This document shows, one piece after another, positions 31,471-43,336 of a DNA stretch of 64,000 nucleotides (positions are counted from its first letter, which is position 1; every line of letters begins with the position of its first letter). Made by a program: the position numbers and the translations under genes. Source of the stretch: Verticiella sediminum (GTDB lineage: Bacteria > Pseudomonadota > Gammaproteobacteria > Burkholderiales > Burkholderiaceae_B); contig JBEBVZ010000010.1 of assembly GCA_040392445.1 (NCBI GenBank), positions 9,686 through 73,685 of the forward strand. Direction: 5' to 3'. The notes beneath the pieces were generated by a model that did no database searches, was not told the DNA's origin, and worked only from the letters and a program-made list of their open reading frames with translations.

Positions 31471-33156
31471 ATGCCCCATAACGACCGCTCGAAAAACATC
31501 ACGCAGGGCGTGGCACGTGCGCCCAACCGGGCCATGTACTACGCACTGGGCTACACCGAAAAGGATTTCGACAATCCCATGATCGGCGTGGCCAATGGCC
31601 ATTCCACCATCACGCCCTGTAACGCCGGGCTGCAGGTTCTGGCCGACCGCGCCATTGCAGCCATACGCGCGGCGGGCGCCAATCCCCAGGTGTTCGGCAC
31701 GCCCACCATTTCGGACGGCATGTCGATGGGCACCGAAGGCATGAAGTATTCACTGGTGTCGCGCGAAGTCATTGCCGACTGCATCGAGACGGCGGTGCAG
31801 GGGCAGTGGATGGATGGGGTGGTCGTGATCGGCGGCTGCGACAAGAACATGCCGGGCGGCATGATCGCGCTGGCCCGCATGAACGTGCCGGGCATCTATG
31901 TATATGGCGGCACCATCAAGCCGGGCCACTACAAGGGCCAGGACCTGACCATCGTGTCGGTATTCGAAGCGGTTGGCGAATACACCATGAAGCGCATGGA
32001 CGAAGCCGACTTCAAGGCCATCGAAAAATGCGCCATCCCGGGCACGGGTTCGTGCGGCGGCATGTACACGGCCAACACCATGAGCTCGTCGTTCGAAGCC
32101 ATGGGTATGAGCCTGCCGTATTCCAGCACCATGTCCAACATCGACGCCGAGAAAGCCGATTCGGCTGCCGAGTCGGCCCGCGTGCTGGTCGAGGCTGTCA
32201 GAAAAAACATCAAGGCGCGCGACATCATCACGCGCGAGTCCATCGAGAACGCCGTGGCCGTGATCATGGCCATCGGCGGCTCCACCAACGCCGTGCTGCA
32301 CTTTCTGGCCATCGCCCATGCCGCGCAAGTCGAGTGGACCATCGACGACTTCGAGCGCGTGCGCCGCAAGGTTCCGGTGCTTTGCGACCTGAAGCCTTCG
32401 GGCCAGTATGTCGCCACCGACCTGCACGCCGCCGGCGGCATCCCGCAAGTCATGAAGATCCTGCTGAACGCCGGTCTGCTGCATGGCCATTGCCTGACCA
32501 TCACCGGCAAGACCATCGCCGAGCTGCTGGCCGATGTGCCGGACCAGCCGCGCGCGGACCAGACCGTGATCCGGCCGATAGACAAGGCCTTGTACGAGCA
32601 GGGCCACCTGGCCATCCTCAAGGGCAATCTCTCGCCCGAGGGCTGCGTGGCCAAGATCACCGGCCTGAAGAACCCTGTCATTACCGGTCCGGCCCGGGTG
32701 TTCGATTCGGAAGAAGCCGCCATGACCGCCATCATGGATCAGAAGATCACGCATGGCGACGTCGTGGTGATCCGCTACGAAGGCCCCAAGGGCGGCCCGG
32801 GCATGCGTGAAATGCTGGCCCCCACCGCGGCCCTCATCGGCCAGGGCCTGGGCGAGACGGTGGGCCTCATCACCGATGGCCGCTTCTCGGGCGGCACCTG
32901 GGGCATGGTGGTTGGCCACGTGGCGCCCGAAGCCTATGTGGGCGGCCCGATCGGCCTGATCGAGGAAGGCGACTCGGTGACCATCGACGCCCACCAGTTG
33001 CTGCTGCAGCTCAACGTGTCCGATGACGAGTTGGCCCGTCGCCGCGCGGCCTGGGTGCAACCCAAGCCCAAATACACGCGTGGCGTGCTGGCCAAGTTCG
33101 GCCACCTGGCGAGCACCGCCAGCTTGGGCGCGGTAACCGACAGGTTCGATGAATAA
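31471..33156 (+). CDS. ilvD: dihydroxy-acid dehydratase
   Basis: [16 protein letters not shown], the Fe-S ligand regions [13 protein letters not shown] and [12 protein letters not shown], and TDGRFSGG. 561 aa. Confidence 0.93.
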   Translation: MPHNDRSKNITQGVARAPNRAMYYALGYTEKDFDNPMIGVANGHSTITPCNAGLQVLADRAIAAIRAAGANPQVFGTPTISDGMSMGTEGMKYSLVSREVIADCIETAVQGQWMDGVVVIGGCDKNMPGGMIALARMNVPGIYVYGGTIKPGHYKGQDLTIVSVFEAVGEYTMKRMDEADFKAIEKCAIPGTGSCGGMYTANTMSSSFEAMGMSLPYSSTMSNIDAEKADSAAESARVLVEAVRKNIKARDIITRESIENAVAVIMAIGGSTNAVLHFLAIAHAAQVEWTIDDFERVRRKVPVLCDLKPSGQYVATDLHAAGGIPQVMKILLNAGLLHGHCLTITGKTIAELLADVPDQPRADQTVIRPIDKALYEQGHLAILKGNLSPEGCVAKITGLKNPVITGPARVFDSEEAAMTAIMDQKITHGDVVVIRYEGPKGGPGMREMLAPTAALIGQGLGETVGLITDGRFSGGTWGMVVGHVAPEAYVGGPIGLIEEGDSVTIDAHQLLLQLNVSDDELARRRAAWVQPKPKYTRGVLAKFGHLASTASLGAVTDRFDE

Positions 33157-33562
33157 GGCCGCGCGTGTAGTACTTATGCTGGCCGGCCTGGGTGGCGTGC
33201 TGCCCGGGGCGGCCTGGGCCCAGGGCGGCTTGGCGCTGGCGCAGGCCAAGGCTTGCATGGCGTGCCACCAGGTGGATAGCCGCCGGGTGGGTCCGCCCCT
33301 GCGCGAAGTGGCTATGCGGTACGCCAGCCCGGTCGCAGCCGCATCCAGTGCGGCAGGCGACCCTGCGGCAGGCGACCCTGCGGCCGGCGTACCGGGGGTC
33401 GGCGACCCGGCGGTCGCGACGCTGGCCTATCTGGCCGACTCGATACGCGAAGGCGGGCGGGGGCGCTGGGGGGCGATCCCGATGCCGGCCCAGCCGCAGG
33501 TGAGCGCTGCCGAGGCGCGCGAGCTTGCGCAGTGGATACTTTCCCTGCAACCGGGGTCCTAG
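33149..33562 (+). CDS. class I c-type cytochrome (c551/c552-like) with a repeat insertion
   Basis: Signal peptide, heme motif CMACH, and distal Met in IPMPAQ. ATG 33149 overlaps the ilvD stop by 8 nt. Confidence 0.8.
   Translation: MNKAARVVLMLAGLGGVLPGAAWAQGGLALAQAKACMACHQVDSRRVGPPLREVAMRYASPVAAASSAAGDPAAGDPAAGVPGVGDPAVATLAYLADSIREGGRGRWGAIPMPAQPQVSAAEARELAQWILSLQPGS
33349..33408 (+). repeat. 4 x 15-bp imperfect tandem repeat inside the cytochrome gene
   Basis: GCGGCAGGCGACCCT x2, then GCGGCCGGCGTACCG, then GGGGTCGGCGACCCG. Together they encode [20 protein letters not shown]. Confidence 0.85.
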
Positions 33563-33597
33563 CATCCCGTTGCAGGCACGTTCAAAAGGAGATCTAC

Positions 33598-34140
33598 ATG
33601 TCAGCACAACGCGAAGTCGCCATTTTTGGCGGAGGATGCTTCTGGTGCACCGAGGCCGTCTTCCAGGAACTGCGGGGCGTGGTCGGTGTGCGTTCGGGTT
33701 ACGCCGGCGGGCACGTGGATGCCCCCACCTACGAGCAGATCTGCAATGCCGATACGGGGCATGCCGAAGTCATCGAAATCACGTTCAACCCCGATGTGAT
33801 CAAGTACGGTGAATTGCTTAACGTGTTTTTCGCCACGCATGATCCCACCACGCCTGATCGCCAGGGCAACGATGTGGGGCCGCAATACCGCTCGGTGATT
33901 TTCTGGCAATCGCCAGCGCAGCAGCAAGCCGCACAGCACACGATAGACGCACTCGAGCGGCAGGGCGTGTTCGACGCGCCTATCGTCACCGAGCTGTGCC
34001 CGCCTGTCACGTTCTGGCCGGCCGAGCCCTATCATCACGATTATTTTCGCAGCAACCCCAATCAGGGTTATTGCCATGTCGTTATCGCGCCCAAGGTGGC
34101 TAAGTTTCGCCGCCAGTTTGCCGATAACCTGAAGAACTGA
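33598..34140 (+). CDS. msrA: peptide-methionine (S)-S-oxide reductase
   Basis: Start ATG 33598. Active site GGGCFWC, then GHAEVIEI and YHHDYF. Confidence 0.93.
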   Translation: MSAQREVAIFGGGCFWCTEAVFQELRGVVGVRSGYAGGHVDAPTYEQICNADTGHAEVIEITFNPDVIKYGELLNVFFATHDPTTPDRQGNDVGPQYRSVIFWQSPAQQQAAQHTIDALERQGVFDAPIVTELCPPVTFWPAEPYHHDYFRSNPNQGYCHVVIAPKVAKFRRQFADNLKN

Positions 34141-34165
34141 ATCAAAGCAAAGCTAAGGAGTATTC

Positions 34166-35188
34166 ATGAGGTCCGTTACGTCTATCCGCCGCACCGTTTT
34201 AAAAGCTGCGTGCCTGGCGGGTGCGGGGATGGTGTTTGCGCTGGGTGCGGCTGCCCCGGCGGTTGCCCAGGATGCGGCGAACTGGCCCGACAAGCCCTTG
34301 CGGTTTGTCGTGCCTTATCCGCCCGGCGGCCCGCTGGACGCCATGGGCCGGGCCCTGGCCGAGAAAGTGCGCGAGCCCCTGGGGCAGGCCATGGTGGTCG
34401 AGAACAAGCCCGGCGCCGGCGGCAATATCGGGGTCGACATGGTTGGCCGTTCGCCGGCCGATGGCTACACCCTGGTCATGGGCGCGGTGGCAACTTTCGC
34501 CATCAACCCGTGGTTGTTCGACAAGCTGCCCTACGATCCGGTCAAGGATTTCCAGCCCATCACGCTGGTGGCCTCGGTTCCCAACGTCCTGGTCGTGAAT
34601 CCGGATTTTGCCGAGCGCAACAAGATCAACTCGGTGGCAGACCTGATTGCCTTTGGCAAGGCAAATCCGACGGCCCTGTATTTCAGTTCGGGCGGTAACG
34701 GCAGTGCGGGCCACCTGGCCGGCGAGTTGCTGAATGCCCGCGCCGGGATCACGGCCACCCATGTGCCGTTTTCCGGTGCGGCGCCGGCCCTGACGGCGCT
34801 GCTGGGCGAGCAAACCCAGATGATGTTCGACAACCTGGCGTCGGCCGCACCATTGATCAAGTCTGGCAAGCTCAAGGCCCTGGCCGTGACCACCGCCGAG
34901 CGCTCGTCGATGTTGCCGGAGCTGCCTACCGTGGCGGAATCGGGGCTTGAGGGCTATGACCTGGGCACCTGGTTCGGCGTGTTCGTGCCGGCGGGTACGC
35001 CGCCCGACGTGGTGGCTCGTTTGAGCAAGGTGTATACCGACGCGCTGAATGCGCCCGATATTCGCGAGCGCCTGGCTGCGATGGGATCGGATGCCAAGCC
35101 CAATACGCCTGACGAGTTTGCGGCCATGGTGAAGAACGAAATGGCCAAGTACAAGGAAATCGTGGAAATTTCCGGCGCCAAGCTGTAA
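34166..35188 (+). CDS. Bug-family (TctC-like) periplasmic substrate-binding protein
   Basis: Signal peptide, then WPDKPLRFVVPYPPGGPLD and ENKPGAGGNIG, hallmarks of the Bug family. 340 aa. Confidence 0.9.
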   Translation: MRSVTSIRRTVLKAACLAGAGMVFALGAAAPAVAQDAANWPDKPLRFVVPYPPGGPLDAMGRALAEKVREPLGQAMVVENKPGAGGNIGVDMVGRSPADGYTLVMGAVATFAINPWLFDKLPYDPVKDFQPITLVASVPNVLVVNPDFAERNKINSVADLIAFGKANPTALYFSSGGNGSAGHLAGELLNARAGITATHVPFSGAAPALTALLGEQTQMMFDNLASAAPLIKSGKLKALAVTTAERSSMLPELPTVAESGLEGYDLGTWFGVFVPAGTPPDVVARLSKVYTDALNAPDIRERLAAMGSDAKPNTPDEFAAMVKNEMAKYKEIVEISGAKL

Positions 35189-35300
35189 GCGCAAAAGTCT
35201 ATCGGCATAAGGCGGGTGCAATGCCCGCTTTGTGCCGCGCCTTGCCTGCAGCGCCTGGACCGAACGCGCGCGGCGCAAGCGTTCGCAACGTTGACAGACC

Positions 35301-35570
35301 TTAGGCATCGGCTTCGTGGTGCATGGGTGGGGGCGGTTCGGCCATGACCAGCGGCGCGCTGGTGCTGTTGTATACCGCTGCCACCAGCTCTATGGCATTG
35401 CGCACACCCATTTTCTGGAAAATGCGCGAACGGTGGACTTCTACCGTGCGCTGCGAGATGCCTAGCGTCCACGCAGTGAGTTTGTTGGGTTTGCCCGCGA
35501 GTACAAAGCGCAGCACTTCACGTTCGCGTGGGGTGAGTTCGACGCGGGGAGCGCGATTCAGACCATACAT
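35301..35570 (-). CDS. stand-alone LuxR/FixJ-type HTH protein (no receiver or ligand domain)
   Basis: 89 aa. LTPREREVLRFVLAGKPNKLTAWTLGISQRTVEVHRSRIFQKMGV is a GerE/LuxR C-terminal HTH. Confidence 0.8.
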   Translation of the reverse strand: MYGLNRAPRVELTPREREVLRFVLAGKPNKLTAWTLGISQRTVEVHRSRIFQKMGVRNAIELVAAVYNSTSAPLVMAEPPPPMHHEADA

Positions 35571-35661
35571 GACTTACTCCGTAACAACGTTTAATGCATT
35601 TTGTCACCAGAAGTTATAATGAGTAACCTGCCAAGGTTGACAGGGTAGAATACCGGCACCC

Positions 35662-37053
35662 ATGAGCCGCTCCCGCTACATTATTCCTGGCATCGTCGGA
35701 TGCGCCCTGTTTATGCAGATGCTGGATTCCACCGTCGTGGCAACAGCATTGCCTGCAATGGGCCGCGCGCTGGACGCCACGCCGGTGCGCATGAATGTGG
35801 CGATTACCTCGTATCTGCTGGCGGTGGCCATGTTCGTGCCCCTTAGCGGATGGGCGGCCGACCGGTTTGGCGCGCGCCGGGTGTTTGCCGCCGCCATGCT
35901 GCTCTTCACGCTGTCGTCGGTTTTCTGTGCCCTGGCCAGCACGCTGCCGCATCTGATTGCGGGTCGGGCCTTCCAGGGCCTGGCCGGCGCCATGATGGTG
36001 CCCGTGGGACGGGTGATCCTGCTGCGTTCGGTGCCCAAGTCCGAACTGGTCCAGGCGATGTCCCTGCTTTCCGTGCCTGCGCTGATGGGGCCGGTGGTTG
36101 GCCCGCCCTTGGGTGGCTTGCTGGTTACCTATGCGTCGTGGCACTGGATCTTCCTGATCAACGTGCCGATCGGCATCCTGGGGCTGTACCTGGTCTACAA
36201 GTTCATCCCCGCGGGGCAAGACGAAGTCACCGGCAAACCCCTGGATCTGCTGGGTTTTCTGCTGACCAGCATCAGCCTGGTCGCCATCATCTTCAGCTTC
36301 GAGGCGGTCGGCCATGGTTCCTTGCCGCCGCTGGCCATCCTGGCCCTGTTCGTCGGGGGCGTGCTGTGCGCAGCGCTGTATTACTGGCATGCCAAACGTT
36401 CGCCGCATCCCATCATCGACCTGGGCCTGCTGAGCATCCCCACTTTCCGGATCTCCAACCTGGGCGGCAACCTGTGCCGTTTTGCCATCGGCGCCATGCC
36501 CTTTCTGCTGGTCATGCTGTTGCAGGTCGGGTTCGGCCTGTCGCCGGTGGCGGCAGGCATGATCACCTTTGTCAGCGCGGTGGGCGCCTTGCTGCTCAAA
36601 CTGGTGGCCGCACGCGTCCTGCGCAGCTTCGGGTTTCGCAAGACGCTGGTGTTCAATGCCGTCATCACCGGTGCGTTCGTGGTTGTCTGTGCCTTCTTTA
36701 CCGCTGAAACGCCATATTGGATGATGCTGCTGGTGCTGCTGCTGGGCGGGTTTTTCCGGTCCCTGCAGCTAACGGCGGTCAACACCCTGACCTATGCCGA
36801 TATTCCCCACGAGATGATGAGCCGCGCCAGCAGCTTGTCGGCCATGTCCCAGCAGGTTGGCATCAGCCTGGGCGTTGGCATCGCGGCACTTACGCTGAAC
36901 CTGAGCATGGCCTGGCGTGGCGCGCACGAGCTGGCGCCGCGCGACGTGGCCGCGGGCTTTGTGGTGATCGGGATTCTGGTGGCGCTGTCGGCCGTGTCGT
37001 TCAGGCGCTTGTCGCCGCAGGCGGGCGCCGAGGTCTCGGGCAAGGGACGCTAA
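35662..37053 (+). CDS. MFS transporter (DHA2/EmrB-like, about 14 TM)
   Basis: 463 aa. MFS motif A-like GWAADRFGARRV. Hydrophobic throughout. Confidence 0.85.
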   Translation: MSRSRYIIPGIVGCALFMQMLDSTVVATALPAMGRALDATPVRMNVAITSYLLAVAMFVPLSGWAADRFGARRVFAAAMLLFTLSSVFCALASTLPHLIAGRAFQGLAGAMMVPVGRVILLRSVPKSELVQAMSLLSVPALMGPVVGPPLGGLLVTYASWHWIFLINVPIGILGLYLVYKFIPAGQDEVTGKPLDLLGFLLTSISLVAIIFSFEAVGHGSLPPLAILALFVGGVLCAALYYWHAKRSPHPIIDLGLLSIPTFRISNLGGNLCRFAIGAMPFLLVMLLQVGFGLSPVAAGMITFVSAVGALLLKLVAARVLRSFGFRKTLVFNAVITGAFVVVCAFFTAETPYWMMLLVLLLGGFFRSLQLTAVNTLTYADIPHEMMSRASSLSAMSQQVGISLGVGIAALTLNLSMAWRGAHELAPRDVAAGFVVIGILVALSAVSFRRLSPQAGAEVSGKGR

Positions 37054-38795
37054 GCGTCTTCGCTGTCGGGCAGAAAGCCGTCGGCCTGTTGCTGCCACAG
37101 CCTTCTGTAGGTGCCGGGGCGCGCCACAAGTTCGGCATGGCTGCCATCTTCGACGATGCGGCCGTGATCGAACACCAGGATGCGGTCCAGGTGGGCGATC
37201 GTGGACAAGCGGTGCGCGATCACGATGACGGTCTTGTCCTGCATCAAGGCGTCCAGGCTGTCCTGGATGGCTTTTTCCGTCAGGGAATCCAGGCTCGAAG
37301 TGGCTTCGTCCATGATCAGGATGGGCGCGTTCTTGACCACCACCCGGGCGATGGCAACCCGCTGGCGCTGCCCGCCGGACAGCTTGACGCCGCGCTCGCC
37401 CACCAGGGAATCGTACTGCTGCGGCATGTCGCGGATGAACTCGGCGGCGCTGGCTCGTTCGGCCGCTTCGCGTACTTCATCGTCGCTGGCTTCTATGCGG
37501 CCGTAGCGGATGTTTTCCATCAGGCTGCGATGAAACAGTCCGGGTTCCTGCGGAATCAGGCTGATCTGGGCGTGCAGGCTGGCTTGCGTCATATCGCGGA
37601 TGTCGACCCCGTCGATGGTGATGCTGCCGCGCTGTGGCTCGTACAGCCGCATGATCAGGTTCACCAGGGTGGATTTTCCCGAGCCCGAAAAACCGACCAG
37701 GCCCACGCGCTGGCCGCCGGGAATGCGCAGGCTCAGTCCCTGGAATACCGGTCTGCCGGGGGAATAGCCGAAATCCAGGTCGTGCAGCTCGATCTCGCCG
37801 TCGCGAATGGCCACCGCGCGGGCGCCGGGGCGGTCGGTGATCTCGTGCGGCTGCATGATGGTCTGCACGCCGTTGGCGATATTGCCGATGTATTCGAACA
37901 CTTCCAGAAAGCGCCGCCCGATATTGCGCGCTTCGCTGATGATCATCAGCGACAGGCTGGTACTCATGACGAATTCGGCAATGCCGATCTTGCCGTCGCG
38001 CCATAGCACCAGGGCAAAGTACAGGGTACCGACCTTGAGCACCAGCGCGGCCGACATCTGGAACCATTGCACTTTTTCGTTGAACCACATCGAACGGCGG
38101 CCAACTGCGATTTCCTTGTCCTGCACTTGCTTGAGCTGGCGGGATTCGTGCGCCAGGCGGGCGAACAGGCGCACACTGACCAGATTGCTGACCGAGTCGA
38201 CGATGCGCCCCGAGGTTTCGGCGCGGGCTGCCGCATGGCGTTGCGCATAGGGGCGCGCGCGCCGGGCCAGCCAGAACGACACGCCCACGAACGCCACCGC
38301 CCAGGTCAGCGTGAAGAGAGCCAGCGCCAGGCTGGCCTGATACAGCAGCACCACCGAAACCGAGAGCGTCACCAGCAGCGGCATGAACTCGAAGATCGCG
38401 GTGGAGATCGTCATGTTCACGCCCACCGAGGTTTCGCTGATGCGTGCCGACAGCGAGCCCGCAAAGTTATTGCTGAAATAACGGTGCGAATGCTGCTGCA
38501 GGTAGGCAAAGAGCTCGCGCGCAACGTTGGTGCGCTGGCGTGGCGCCACGATGACGCGGCACGCCCCGCTGGCGCGGTTGAATATCAGTTCGCCCACGCT
38601 CAGGCCCACGAACAGCAGCAGGGGGGCCATGGCCAGCGCCACGATGTCGCGCCCGCCGGTATCGGCGCCCGATTTGCTGACCACCCCGACGATCTGGCCG
38701 ATGGCGTAGGGCATCAGGATGCCGCTGACCGCGGCGCCGATCTCGAGCAGCATGATCAGCCCGTACCACCAGCGGAACTGCCAGAAAAAGTGCAC
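37050..38795 (-). CDS. ABC exporter, fused permease/ATPase (MsbA-like half transporter)
   Basis: 6-TM N-terminal domain, Walker A GFSGSGKST, signature LSGGQRQR, Walker B ILIMDEATSSLD. Confidence 0.9.
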   Translation of the reverse strand: MHFFWQFRWWYGLIMLLEIGAAVSGILMPYAIGQIVGVVSKSGADTGGRDIVALAMAPLLLFVGLSVGELIFNRASGACRVIVAPRQRTNVARELFAYLQQHSHRYFSNNFAGSLSARISETSVGVNMTISTAIFEFMPLLVTLSVSVVLLYQASLALALFTLTWAVAFVGVSFWLARRARPYAQRHAAARAETSGRIVDSVSNLVSVRLFARLAHESRQLKQVQDKEIAVGRRSMWFNEKVQWFQMSAALVLKVGTLYFALVLWRDGKIGIAEFVMSTSLSLMIISEARNIGRRFLEVFEYIGNIANGVQTIMQPHEITDRPGARAVAIRDGEIELHDLDFGYSPGRPVFQGLSLRIPGGQRVGLVGFSGSGKSTLVNLIMRLYEPQRGSITIDGVDIRDMTQASLHAQISLIPQEPGLFHRSLMENIRYGRIEASDDEVREAAERASAAEFIRDMPQQYDSLVGERGVKLSGGQRQRVAIARVVVKNAPILIMDEATSSLDSLTEKAIQDSLDALMQDKTVIVIAHRLSTIAHLDRILVFDHGRIVEDGSHAELVARPGTYRRLWQQQADGFLPDSEDA

Positions 38796-38887
38796 GACGA
38801 AGCGCAGTGGCGTGGTGGGCAGCGCAGTACCGGGCGGATTCAGATGCGGGCCTCGCTAGGCTGGGGGTCGGCTGGCGCAGCCCGTGG

Positions 38888-40285
38888 CTAGGCCTTGCGC
38901 TCGGCGTTGGTCATGTTGGCGGGTACGACCCACTGGGCAAACTGCGCTTCGTCCAGGTAGCCCAGCGCCAGGGCGGATTCCTTGAGCGACAGGTTTTCCT
39001 TGTGGGCCTTCTTGGCGATTTGCGCCGCCTTGTCGTAGCCGATGTGAGGATTGAGCGCTGTCACCAGCATCAGCGAGCGATCGACCAGTTCGGCAATGCG
39101 TTCGCGATTGGGCTCTATGCCCACCGCGCAGTTCTGGTCGAAACTGCGCATGCCATCGGCCAGCAGGCGCACCGATTGCAGGAAGTTATGGATGACCAGC
39201 GGCTTGAACACGTTCAGCTCGAAGTTGCCCATGGCGCCGCCAATGTTGATGGCGACGTCGTTGCCCATGACTTGGGCCGCCAGCATGGTCAGGGCCTCGC
39301 ATTGCGTGGGGTTGATCTTGCCGGGCATGATCGAGCTGCCGGGTTCGTTCTCGGGGATGCTGATTTCCCCCAGGCCCGAGCGTGGGCCGCTGGCCAGCCA
39401 GCGCACGTCGTTGGCAATTTTCATCAGCGCGGCGGCCAGCGTCTTGAGCGCGCCGTGGGCGAACAGCAGGGGCTCGTGTCCGGCCAAGGCCTGGAATTTA
39501 TTGGGCGCCGAAACGAATGCGATGCCGGTGTCACGGGCCAGTTCGGCCGACACCTTGTCGCTGAATTGCGGATGGGCGTTCAGGCCGGTGCCGACGGCCG
39601 TGCCGCCGATGGCCAGTTGGTAAAGGCCGGGCAGGCTGGCGTGAATCTGCGCCTCGCACAGGTCCAGCTGGGCGACGTAGCCGGAAATTTCCTGGCCCAG
39701 GGTCAGCGGGGTGGCGTCCTGCAAATGGGTGCGGCCGATCTTGACAATGTCATGGAAGGCATCGCTCTTGGCGGCCAGGGTGGCGCGCAATTGCCGCAGG
39801 GCGGGCAGCAGGTGTTGTTCCAGCTGTACCGCGGCCGCCACGTGCATGGCGGTCGGGAACACGTCGTTGGAGGACTGGCCCCGGTTGACGTGGTCGTTGG
39901 GGTGAACCTTGCGGCCTTCACCGCGCTCGCCACCCAGGATCTCGGAGGCGCGGTTGGCCAGCACCTCGTTCATATTCATATTGCTCTGGGTGCCCGAGCC
40001 GGTTTGCCATACCGCCAGGGGGAATTCGGCAGGCCACTTGCCGGCCATCACTTCGTCGGCCGCGCGGGCGATGCCGTCGGCGACGGTCTTGTCCAGTTCG
40101 CCCAGTTCGGCGTTCACGCGGGCGGCCGCGCGCTTGAGCCGGGCCAGCGCATCAATCAGCTGGGCGGGCATTTTTTCGGTGGAAATCGCAAAGAACTGCA
40201 GCGAACGCTGCGTTTGCGCACCCCACAAATGTTCGTTGGGAACGTCGATGGGGCCAAAAGTGTCTTTTTCGCTGCGGGTGGACAT
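38888..40285 (-). CDS. fumC: class II fumarate hydratase
   Basis: GAQTQRSL, and the signature [16 protein letters not shown]. 465 aa. Confidence 0.95.
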   Translation of the reverse strand: MSTRSEKDTFGPIDVPNEHLWGAQTQRSLQFFAISTEKMPAQLIDALARLKRAAARVNAELGELDKTVADGIARAADEVMAGKWPAEFPLAVWQTGSGTQSNMNMNEVLANRASEILGGERGEGRKVHPNDHVNRGQSSNDVFPTAMHVAAAVQLEQHLLPALRQLRATLAAKSDAFHDIVKIGRTHLQDATPLTLGQEISGYVAQLDLCEAQIHASLPGLYQLAIGGTAVGTGLNAHPQFSDKVSAELARDTGIAFVSAPNKFQALAGHEPLLFAHGALKTLAAALMKIANDVRWLASGPRSGLGEISIPENEPGSSIMPGKINPTQCEALTMLAAQVMGNDVAINIGGAMGNFELNVFKPLVIHNFLQSVRLLADGMRSFDQNCAVGIEPNRERIAELVDRSLMLVTALNPHIGYDKAAQIAKKAHKENLSLKESALALGYLDEAQFAQWVVPANMTNAERKA

Positions 40286-40395
40286 GAGCCGGGCTCCGAG
40301 AGGAAAGCGTCAGGAAACACCGCCGGCAGGGGCGTGGCGGCCAATCTTGAAGATTAGCAGAACCAGGTTTCAGGCCCGGCTGCCGGCGGCGGCAA

Positions 40396-41490
<1,095 letters not shown>

Positions 41491-42159
41491 CTAGGGCGCA
41501 ACCTGCGGTGAAATCCACTTTTCGATCTGGGTCGTGGCTTCTTCGATACCGATGCGATGCGTGGCCGAGAAAGCGATGACGTGCAGCGCGCCGATTTCGG
41601 CGAGATCCTTGCGTACGGCCTGCATGGTCCGGATGCGCTGGCCGTAGGGGAACTTGTCGGCCTTGGTCAGCAGCGCAAGCACCGGCCTGCCGGTGGGTGC
41701 GATCCAGGCCGCCAGGTTGCGGTCTTGCGGGGTGACGCCGCGGCGGATGTCTATCAGCAGCACCACGGCCGCCAGCGAACTGCGCTCGCGCAGGTAGCGG
41801 CCCAGCACGTCGGCCCATTCGGCGCGCGCCTCGTGGGCGATAGCGGCATAGCCGTAGCCCGGCAGGTCGACCAGAAAGCCCAGGGGCTTTTCCGGATCCA
41901 GCGGATCGGGCAGGCCGAACATATTGATCAGCCGGGTGCGGCCAGGCGTTTTGCTGGAGAAGGCCAGCCGCTTTTGCGCAGCCAGAACGTTGATGGCCGA
42001 GGACTTGCCGGAGTTCGAGCGTCCGACGAAGCACACTTCGGGGGCGCCGGGCTCGGGAAGCTGGTCGAGGCGGGCGGCAGAGGTAAAGAAAGTGGCGCGA
42101 GTAAGCAGGGACACGGCAAGGACCAAGGCTGGAAGCCTGCTATTGTAGTCGTTTGCCAT
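41491..42159 (-). CDS. engB: ribosome biogenesis GTP-binding protein EngB/YihA
   Basis: Start taken at ATG 42159. G1 GRSNSGKSS, G3 DLPGYGY, G4 TKADK. The upstream 132 codons of the ORF call look non-coding. Confidence 0.85.
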   Translation of the reverse strand: MANDYNSRLPALVLAVSLLTRATFFTSAARLDQLPEPGAPEVCFVGRSNSGKSSAINVLAAQKRLAFSSKTPGRTRLINMFGLPDPLDPEKPLGFLVDLPGYGYAAIAHEARAEWADVLGRYLRERSSLAAVVLLIDIRRGVTPQDRNLAAWIAPTGRPVLALLTKADKFPYGQRIRTMQAVRKDLAEIGALHVIAFSATHRIGIEEATTQIEKWISPQVAP

Positions 42160-42400
42160 CGCCAGGCAGCCCCATGCACGAGTACACTTGCACACGCAGG
42201 TAGATGCCTGCTTTGCGTCCTGGCATGGTGTTGTACAGGTTTGCGTGGGCTGGCTGCCGAGTTTTCGAGTAAAATCGAGAGCTTTGTAGCGCCTTGAATC
42301 TTTTGGTCGCGGGTCAAACGGCCCCGGCTGATGGTTGAAGGCAGGTCCCGGTTGTCGTGCCCAGGTATCGTCCAACCAGTCGTCGGTTATCGAGGTTTTC

Positions 42401-43081
42401 ATGAAGCGTGTGCTGTCCCGGATGCTTGTGGCAAGCAGCCTGATGCTTGGAGCGTCGCTTGCAATGCCGTCTTTTGCTGCCGAAAACGGGCTGACCAAGC
42501 CTGATGCGGCTCGTGGGGGCAGCCTGTTTGAACAGGGTGATGCCGCTCGTGGCATCGTGTCCTGTGCCAGCTGTCACGGCGCGGCCGGCGATAGCGCCAT
42601 GGACGCCAACCCCAAACTGGCCGGCCAGCATGCGGCCTATGTGCAGCGCCAGTTGCTGGATTTCCGCAAACTGCCCGACGCCGAGGCTCCGGCCCGTGTC
42701 AGCAGCGTGATGAATCCGATGGTGGCTGCGCTTACCGACCAGGATATCGCCGATATCGCGCTGTATGTCTCGATGCAGAAACTCGAGAATCCCGCCACCG
42801 CCGGCCAGGAAAACCTGGTCGACCTGGGCCAGACGATCTGGCGTGGCGGCATTGCCGACAAGAAAGTGCCGGCCTGCGCGGCCTGTCATGGCGCAACGGG
42901 TGCCGGTATTCCGGGGCAGTATCCCTACCTCGGCGGCCAGTTCAGCGGCTATATCGCACAGCAGCTCGAGAACTTCCGTAGCGGCGAGCGCGCCAGCAAC
43001 GAACCCATGCACGACATCGCGTTGCGTCTGACCGATGCGGAAATCCGTGCGGTTTCCGATTACGCTGCCGGTTTGCGTTGA
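42401..43081 (+). CDS. dihaem cytochrome c4
   Basis: Start ATG 42401, with a signal peptide. Two CxxCH motifs (CASCH, CAACH), each followed by a distal Met region. Divergent from engB, as in many beta/gamma-proteobacteria. Confidence 0.9.
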   Translation: MKRVLSRMLVASSLMLGASLAMPSFAAENGLTKPDAARGGSLFEQGDAARGIVSCASCHGAAGDSAMDANPKLAGQHAAYVQRQLLDFRKLPDAEAPARVSSVMNPMVAALTDQDIADIALYVSMQKLENPATAGQENLVDLGQTIWRGGIADKKVPACAACHGATGAGIPGQYPYLGGQFSGYIAQQLENFRSGERASNEPMHDIALRLTDAEIRAVSDYAAGLR

Positions 43082-43088
43082 ACCTTTT

Positions 43089-43125
43089 GGCCGCCCCCCA
43101 CTCTCATCACGGGGCGGCCGGTTTT
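43089..43125 (+). terminator. intrinsic terminator after cytochrome c4
   Basis: Stem GGCCGCCCC / GGGGCGGCC followed by GGTTTT. Confidence 0.65.
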
Positions 43126-43336
43126 GATCCTACAGATTATCCCCTGGCTGCCCCGCAGGGCGGCTTTGGCGGCAAACGGCTAGCCCGCTACCTGTGCGGG
43201 TTCCGGCAGCATTTCTTCCGTCTGCCAGCAACCTTCACTGGCGGCATGTCTGCCAGCTGAGTCCGGTTTCATGCGAGCGCTCTCGGGGCGCCGCCGCAGT
43301 TTTCTTCGAGGCGCCGACTAACGTGGCCTCCGTTTC

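Noticed and set aside
33349-33408. Short tandem repeats (also 63295-63330) as a possible CRISPR array
   Set aside because: The units are 12-15 bp, directly abutting without spacers, and in frame within coding sequences. They are not CRISPR.
42160-42555. 132-codon N-terminal extension of the engB ORF call
   Set aside because: It runs through the divergent promoter region and into the cytochrome c4 gene. EngB homologues begin shortly before the G1 motif.
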